A model generated the notes under the pieces. That model ran no database searches, was not told the DNA's origin, and saw nothing but the letters and a program-made list of their open reading frames with translations. Below, one piece after another: positions 7,264 through 11,551 of a stretch of 11,551 nt of DNA (the first letter of the stretch is position 1; each line of letters starts with the position of its first letter). The DNA is taken from positions 1 through 11,551 of the forward strand of contig JBJTQJ010000125.1 of assembly GCA_046075565.1 (NCBI GenBank), read 5' to 3'. The stretch is from Verrucomicrobiales bacterium (GTDB taxonomy: Bacteria > Verrucomicrobiota > Verrucomicrobiia > Verrucomicrobiales > SLCJ01). The translations under genes and the position numbers were made by a program.

Positions 7264-7292
7264 TTGCGACAGGCCTGCGACCCTGCTAAGCT
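7264..7292 (+). promoter_or_regulatory. candidate sigma70 promoter of polA with extended -10
   Basis: TTGCGA (7264-7269), 17-nt spacer, TAAGCT (7287-7292) preceded by TGn. ATG follows after only 5 nt. Confidence 0.65.
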
Positions 7293-7297
7293 CCCCC

Positions 7298-10141
7298 ATG
7301 TCCGCCCCCAACCGGCTTTTCCTTCTTGATGGCATGGCGCTCGTCTATCGGGCCCACTTCGCTTTTATCCGCAATCCCATCCGGACCTCCAAGGGGGTAA
7401 ACACCTCGGCGATTTTCGGCTTCGCCACCACCTTGCTCGATCTTCTCGAAAAGCAGAAACCCACCCATCTTGGGCTCGTTTTCGATACCGACAAGCCAAC
7501 CTTCCGTCACGAGGAATTTCCCGCCTACAAGGCGCAGCGCGATGAGATGCCGGAGGAATTGTCCGCCGCTATCCCGCTCGTGCGGAAATTTGCCGAAGGG
7601 TTCCGCATTCCCGTGCTCACGGCCGATGGTTGGGAAGCCGACGACATCATCGGCACTTTGGCCCGCCGGGCTGAAGCCACCGGCGAATTCGAGGTTTTTA
7701 TGGTGACTCCCGACAAGGACTTCGCCCAGCTTGTTACGGAAAAGGTCCGCATCTACAAACCGGGACGCCAGGGAGGCGAGGTGGAAATCCTCGGGCCCGG
7801 TGAAATCCGCACGCAATGGGAGGTCCAAGATCCGCTGCAAGTGATCGATGTGCTCGGTCTGTGGGGCGATGCGTCGGACAATATTCCCGGAGTGCCCGGG
7901 GTGGGGGAGAAGACCGCCAAAAAACTCATCTCCACCTATGGAAGTGTCGAAGGTGTGTTGGATAATCTCGGTGACCTCAAGGGCAAGCAGAAAGAAGCTT
8001 TCGAGAGCCACCGCGAGCAGGCCCTTCTTTGCAAACGTCTCGCTACGATCGCCATTGATGCTCCGATTGATGTCTCCTGGGAACAATTGCTCGTGGAAGA
8101 ACCGGACAAAGATGCCCTGGCTCCATTGTTTATTGAACTCGAATTCAACGCTCTGGGCCGGCGCGTGCTCGGCGATAGTTTCAAGGCCGGTCGGGGCCAA
8201 CCCGCCGCCGCTGCTGCGCCACAGCAGGGCATGGCTGCCGATTCAAGCGGTCAAGGCGTGTTGTTCGGATTCGATGCGGATCCCGATGGACACTCCGGTC
8301 CAGATGGTGCTCGTCTTCGCACCCTCGACGCCACCAGCGTGAACTACCACCTCGTCGAAACTGAATCTGCCTGCCGGGAATTGGCGGCGAAGTTGGCTGG
8401 TGCGGATCGCTTTTGCTTCGACACGGAAACCACTGCGCTGGACACCCGCGACGCCGCCCTCGTCGGTATTTCCTTCTGCATTCAAGCGGGAGAAGCTTGG
8501 TTTGTCGCGGTGCCGGAGGAACCCGCTGCTGCCCGCGACGTGCTGGAATTGTTTCGTCCGGTTTTCGAAAAAGAGGGATGCCTCAAGATCGGTCAAAACC
8601 TCAAATACGATCTCGGTGTCCTGCTCATCCATGGTATCGAAGTCGCCGGGCCATTCCACGACACCATGCTCGCGCACGGTCTCACTCATCCAGAGCAAAG
8701 GCATTCCATGGATTACATGGCGGAGAGTCTGCTCGGATACTCACCGGTTCCGATTACGAGTTTGATCGGAGAAAAAGGACCGCAGCAGCGGGGCATGAGG
8801 CAGGTATTCGCCGAACGTCCCATGGATGTCTGTCACTATGCGTGCGAAGACGCGGACATCACCCTGCAACTCCATCAATTCCTCGATGCGGAATTGGCAC
8901 GCCAGGGGCTCGCCGGTGTCTTCAACGAAATCGAAGCGCCCTTGTTACCTGTCCTCACTCGCATGGAAGCCGAAGGCATCCGCGTGGACACCGATCGTCT
9001 TCGGGCCATCGGACGTGAACTTCAGGAAATCGCCGTCACCCTGCAGGATCGGGTGATCGATGCCGCCGGACAGCCGTTCAATCTGAACTCTCCCCGCCAG
9101 CTCGGCGAAATTCTTTTCGAGAAACTCAAGCTCATTGAGAAACCGAAAAAAACCAAGACCGGTCAATACGTTACCAACGAACAGGTGCTTGCCGAGCTCG
9201 CTCCGCGCCATGCCATCGTGCGCGACTTGCTCGAATACCGAGAGGCCGTGAAACTCAAAGGCACCTATGTCGATACCCTGCCTGGTTACGTGCATGCCCG
9301 CACCGGTCGCGTGCATACCCATTTCCACCAGTTGGTCGCCGCCACCGGTCGCCTTGCCTCCAGCGATCCGAATTTGCAGAATATTCCCGTGCGCACCGAA
9401 CTCGGACGAGGTATCCGCGATGCCTTTGTCGCCCGCGATGAGAACCACCTCTTGCTCTCCGCCGACTATTCACAAATCGAGTTGCGGGTCATGGCCGCCC
9501 TAAGCGCTGACCCGGCCCTCATCGATGCCTTCGCCCGCGACATGGATATCCACACCGCCACGGCGGCCCGGGTTTATGGAGTCGATGTTTCCGCCGTGGA
9601 CGGCGAAATGCGCCGCCGCGCCAAGATGGTTAACTTCGGCATCATCTACGGCATTTCCGCTTTCGGGCTCTCCCAGCGCCTAGGGATACCTCGCGGCGAA
9701 GCGGACACCATCATCAAATCCTATTTCGAGCAGTATCCCGGTGTGAAAGAGTTCATGGATCGTGTGGTTCGTGAAGCCACCGAAAAGGGATACGTCGAAA
9801 CCATGACCGGCCGCCGCCGCCATTTGCCGGATCTGCGATCGGCCAACCAGAATATCCGTTCGTCCGCCGAACGTGTCGCCATCAATACGCCCATCCAAGG
9901 AACCGCTGCCGACATGATCAAGCTGGCTATGATTCGGGTGGACAAAGCCATCCGCGAAACCAGGCTCAAGTCGCGCTTGCTCCTGCAGGTGCATGATGAA
10001 CTTGTGCTCGACATGGCAAAGGAGGAAGAAGATGAACTGATTCCCCTGGTGCGCGAGGCTATGACCAAGGCCTTGCCACTCGCGGGCGTGGAAGTCACTG
10101 TGGGTATGGGCAAAGGTAAGACCTGGCTGGAGGCGCATTGA
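7298..10141 (+). CDS. polA: DNA polymerase I (5'-3' exonuclease, 3'-5' exonuclease and polymerase domains)
   Basis: LLDGMALVYRAHFA, WEADDIIGTLA, DKDFAQL, GDASDNIPGVPGVGEKTA; ExoI FDTET, ExoII GQNLKYD, ExoIII YACEDAD; TGRLASSDPNLQNIP; motif A ADYSQIELR, motif B RRRAKMVNFGIIYG, motif C QVHDEL. Confidence 0.99.
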   Translation: MSAPNRLFLLDGMALVYRAHFAFIRNPIRTSKGVNTSAIFGFATTLLDLLEKQKPTHLGLVFDTDKPTFRHEEFPAYKAQRDEMPEELSAAIPLVRKFAEGFRIPVLTADGWEADDIIGTLARRAEATGEFEVFMVTPDKDFAQLVTEKVRIYKPGRQGGEVEILGPGEIRTQWEVQDPLQVIDVLGLWGDASDNIPGVPGVGEKTAKKLISTYGSVEGVLDNLGDLKGKQKEAFESHREQALLCKRLATIAIDAPIDVSWEQLLVEEPDKDALAPLFIELEFNALGRRVLGDSFKAGRGQPAAAAAPQQGMAADSSGQGVLFGFDADPDGHSGPDGARLRTLDATSVNYHLVETESACRELAAKLAGADRFCFDTETTALDTRDAALVGISFCIQAGEAWFVAVPEEPAAARDVLELFRPVFEKEGCLKIGQNLKYDLGVLLIHGIEVAGPFHDTMLAHGLTHPEQRHSMDYMAESLLGYSPVPITSLIGEKGPQQRGMRQVFAERPMDVCHYACEDADITLQLHQFLDAELARQGLAGVFNEIEAPLLPVLTRMEAEGIRVDTDRLRAIGRELQEIAVTLQDRVIDAAGQPFNLNSPRQLGEILFEKLKLIEKPKKTKTGQYVTNEQVLAELAPRHAIVRDLLEYREAVKLKGTYVDTLPGYVHARTGRVHTHFHQLVAATGRLASSDPNLQNIPVRTELGRGIRDAFVARDENHLLLSADYSQIELRVMAALSADPALIDAFARDMDIHTATAARVYGVDVSAVDGEMRRRAKMVNFGIIYGISAFGLSQRLGIPRGEADTIIKSYFEQYPGVKEFMDRVVREATEKGYVETMTGRRRHLPDLRSANQNIRSSAERVAINTPIQGTAADMIKLAMIRVDKAIRETRLKSRLLLQVHDELVLDMAKEEEDELIPLVREAMTKALPLAGVEVTVGMGKGKTWLEAH

Positions 10142-10149
10142 TTCCGCTC

Positions 10150-10941
10150 ATGCAGAAATCACCATCTGAAGATACTTGGAACCAGCGCTTCGGCGGTGTG
10201 ACCCGTCTTTACGGAGTCGAAGCGGCGGAGAAACTCCGTGCGGTCCGCGTTCTCATCATCGGGATCGGTGGTGTTGGCACGTGGATTGCCGAAGCCCTCG
10301 CGCGTTCCGGGGTCGGGCAACTCGGGTTGATGGATGGGGATGATGTCTGCATTACCAATACCAATCGCCAGATTCATGCGCTCGCGGCTACCGTCGGGCA
10401 GGCCAAAGTCGCCGCTATGTCCGCGCGCGTCAGGGCTATCCATCCCGACCTTTTGGTGGAAACGATTTCGGGGTTCCTAACAAAGGATTCCCTCGATGTC
10501 CTGGAGCCTGGCCGCTGGGATGTGGTCGTGGATGCCATTGATGCCGTGCCGGCGAAATGCCTTCTCCTCGCCACGTGCCGCGAGAGGGGAATTCCCGTCG
10601 TCTGTTGTGGAGGTGCCGGCGGCAAACGCGACGGCACGCGCGTGCGCGTTGCCGACCTCGCCTTCACCGTCCAGGATGCCTTGCTAAAACAGGTCCGCAA
10701 ACGCCTCCGCCAGGAGCATGACTTCCCCCGCGGGGAGAACACACCTTTTGGTATCGCCGCCATCTACTCGGATGAGAAGCCTGCTTTCCCGTGGCAGGAT
10801 GGCCGGGTCTGTCCGACCCCGGAACCCGGCTCCAGCCTCCGCCTCGATTGCGCATCCGGGTTTGGCACGGCCAGCCATGTCACGGGAGCGTTCGGCCTCG
10901 CCGCCGCTGGGGCCGTGCTGGAGATCGTGGCAGGGATTTGA
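10150..10941 (+). CDS. tcdA: tRNA threonylcarbamoyladenosine dehydratase (ThiF/E1-like; forms ct6A)
   Basis: RFGGVTRLYG, IGIGGVGTWIAEALARSGVG, DxDDVCITNTNRQIHAL, VVDAID, GGAGGKRD, DALLKQVRKRLR, LRLDCASGFG, VTGAFG. Start is ATG 10150 or TTG 10138 (which overlaps the polA stop). Confidence 0.93.
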   Translation: MQKSPSEDTWNQRFGGVTRLYGVEAAEKLRAVRVLIIGIGGVGTWIAEALARSGVGQLGLMDGDDVCITNTNRQIHALAATVGQAKVAAMSARVRAIHPDLLVETISGFLTKDSLDVLEPGRWDVVVDAIDAVPAKCLLLATCRERGIPVVCCGGAGGKRDGTRVRVADLAFTVQDALLKQVRKRLRQEHDFPRGENTPFGIAAIYSDEKPAFPWQDGRVCPTPEPGSSLRLDCASGFGTASHVTGAFGLAAAGAVLEIVAGI

Positions 10942-10970
10942 AAAATTTGTCTGGCGATAATTCTGATCCG

Positions 10971-11019
10971 AAAGAAGTCGAAAATATTTCTTGCGTATAA
11001 AACGAGTATTAGACATTTT
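10971..11019 (+). promoter_or_regulatory. AT-rich candidate promoter with UP-like element
   Basis: Visibly the most AT-rich stretch of the window (about 10940-11025). TTGCGT (10991-10996), 17-nt spacer, CATTTT (11014-11019), with AAAATATTTC directly upstream of the -35. Confidence 0.55.
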
Positions 11020-11054
11020 CAAAGCGTGACTATCCTCCATCACGTCACCAGCCG

Positions 11055-11078
11055 CTCCGGCACTCCGGCACTCCGGCA
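11055..11078 (+). repeat. tandem repeat (CTCCGGCA)x3
   Basis: Three perfect 8-bp units at 11055-11062, 11063-11070 and 11071-11078. Confidence 0.95.
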
Positions 11079-11151
11079 AGTTTGTGCTCGGCTGCTGAAA
11101 GTCAATCTTGCTCCCGCGCGGCCCGCTTTTCTTCCCCGCCGTCTCAAGCCT

Positions 11152-11175
11152 GTAGCAAGAGCGTCTCGCTCTTGC
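11152..11175 (+). repeat. GTAG-headed REP-like palindrome
   Basis: GTAG (11152-11155) runs into a perfect 9-bp stem GCAAGAGCG-TCT-CGCTCTTGC (11155-11175). Confidence 0.7.
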
Positions 11176-11243
11176 CCGCGCGATCTGCCTTATCCGCCGC
11201 GCCCACCCGGCCGTCCCGCGCGCCATCGCGCCGCGAATGTGTC

Positions 11244-11280
11244 GGAATGCGGTGGCAAACGAAGCACGACACCGCTTTGG
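11244..11280 (+). repeat. REP-like imperfect palindrome
   Basis: GGAAT-GCGGTG-(15 nt)-CACCGC-TTTGG. From memory it resembles GGAGTGCGG...CCGCTTT repeats of PVC genomes; this was not searched. Confidence 0.5.
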
Positions 11281-11334
11281 CCGCGGACGTTCCACCTCTT
11301 GCCGGTCGCTGCCCACTTCGCGCCGAAATCCAAC

Positions 11335-11358
11335 GGAGCGCGGGCGTCCTCGCACGTG
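11335..11358 (+). repeat. degenerate GGAG-headed REP-like palindrome
   Basis: GGAG-CGCGGGCG-TCCT-CGCACGTG: 8-bp stem with one mismatch and one G-T pair. Confidence 0.45.
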
Positions 11359-11404
11359 ACCAACCGCGAAGCCAAACACTTGCCCCCTTCCTCCTCTTCT
11401 TGAC

Positions 11405-11551
11405 ATGACTCCTTCCCGCAAGCCCATTCTCATCGCGGCGGCCGCGATCCTCCTCATCGCCTTTTATTTCGCCTTCAAGAACGGGGAGGGGGATTCGTCG
11501 CAGGCGTCTTCTTCCCCCTCTCCCGCTGCCAGTCCCGCTTCCGCGACGGAG
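11405..11551 (+). CDS. N-terminus of a membrane-anchored or exported protein (partial, runs off the window)
   Basis: Manual translation MTPSRKPILIAAAAILLIAFYFAFKNGEGDSSQASSSPSPAASPASATE: basic N-terminus, hydrophobic helix, then Ser/Pro/Ala linker. No stop codon before the window end. The upstream sequence is pyrimidine-rich with no SD. Confidence 0.75.
   Translation, partial: MTPSRKPILIAAAAILLIAFYFAFKNGEGDSSQASSSPSPAASPASATE

Noticed and set aside
7111..7297. TPP riboswitch upstream of thiL
   Set aside because: No CTGAGA or ACCTGAT...TAAT...GCGNAGG core on the minus strand.
7298..10141. Intein, intron or inactivated proofreading domain in polA
   Set aside because: The 947-aa length is explained by the linker, no intein motifs are seen, and the ExoI-III acidic residues are intact.
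11152..11358. Regularly spaced hairpins as a CRISPR array
   Set aside because: The units differ in sequence, the period of about 92 bp is too long, and no cas genes are in the window.
11026..11403. 125-aa ORF as an ordinary protein-coding gene
   Set aside because: It is Arg/Pro-rich, has no recognisable domain and runs through REP-like hairpins. It is kept only as a possible regulatory leader.
668..11457. Many overlapping alternative-frame and antisense ORFs (e.g. 668..1360, 1628..2380, 3120..4049, 7286..8200, 10684..11457)
   Set aside because: These are expected shadow ORFs in high-GC DNA. They overlap well-supported genes and have no recognisable motifs.

Overview
GC-rich bacterial chromosomal segment, probably PVC superphylum (Verrucomicrobiota-like; inferred from gene content, missing Shine-Dalgarno sites and REP-like hairpin types, not from a search). 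The left end has an N-terminally truncated IS3-family transposase on the minus strand that the ORF track misses (the listed 1..591 ORF is its antisense shadow), next to a SET/post-SET methyltransferase gene. A housekeeping block follows: folP(-), a small secreted YD-like repeat protein, a DUF1015 protein, a compact 7TM-HD (PgpH-like) phosphohydrolase, ybeY, thiL(-), polA and tcdA. The right end has a ~460-bp intergenic region with an AT-rich promoter candidate, an 8-bp tandem repeat in a possible leader ORF and three different REP-like hairpins, then the start of a membrane-anchored protein. I cannot support a clearly new multi-gene system here. The best leads are the IS3-remnant/SET junction, the repeat-containing leader at about 11.0-11.4 kb, probable leaderless transcription of polA and the sensor-less PgpH-like protein.
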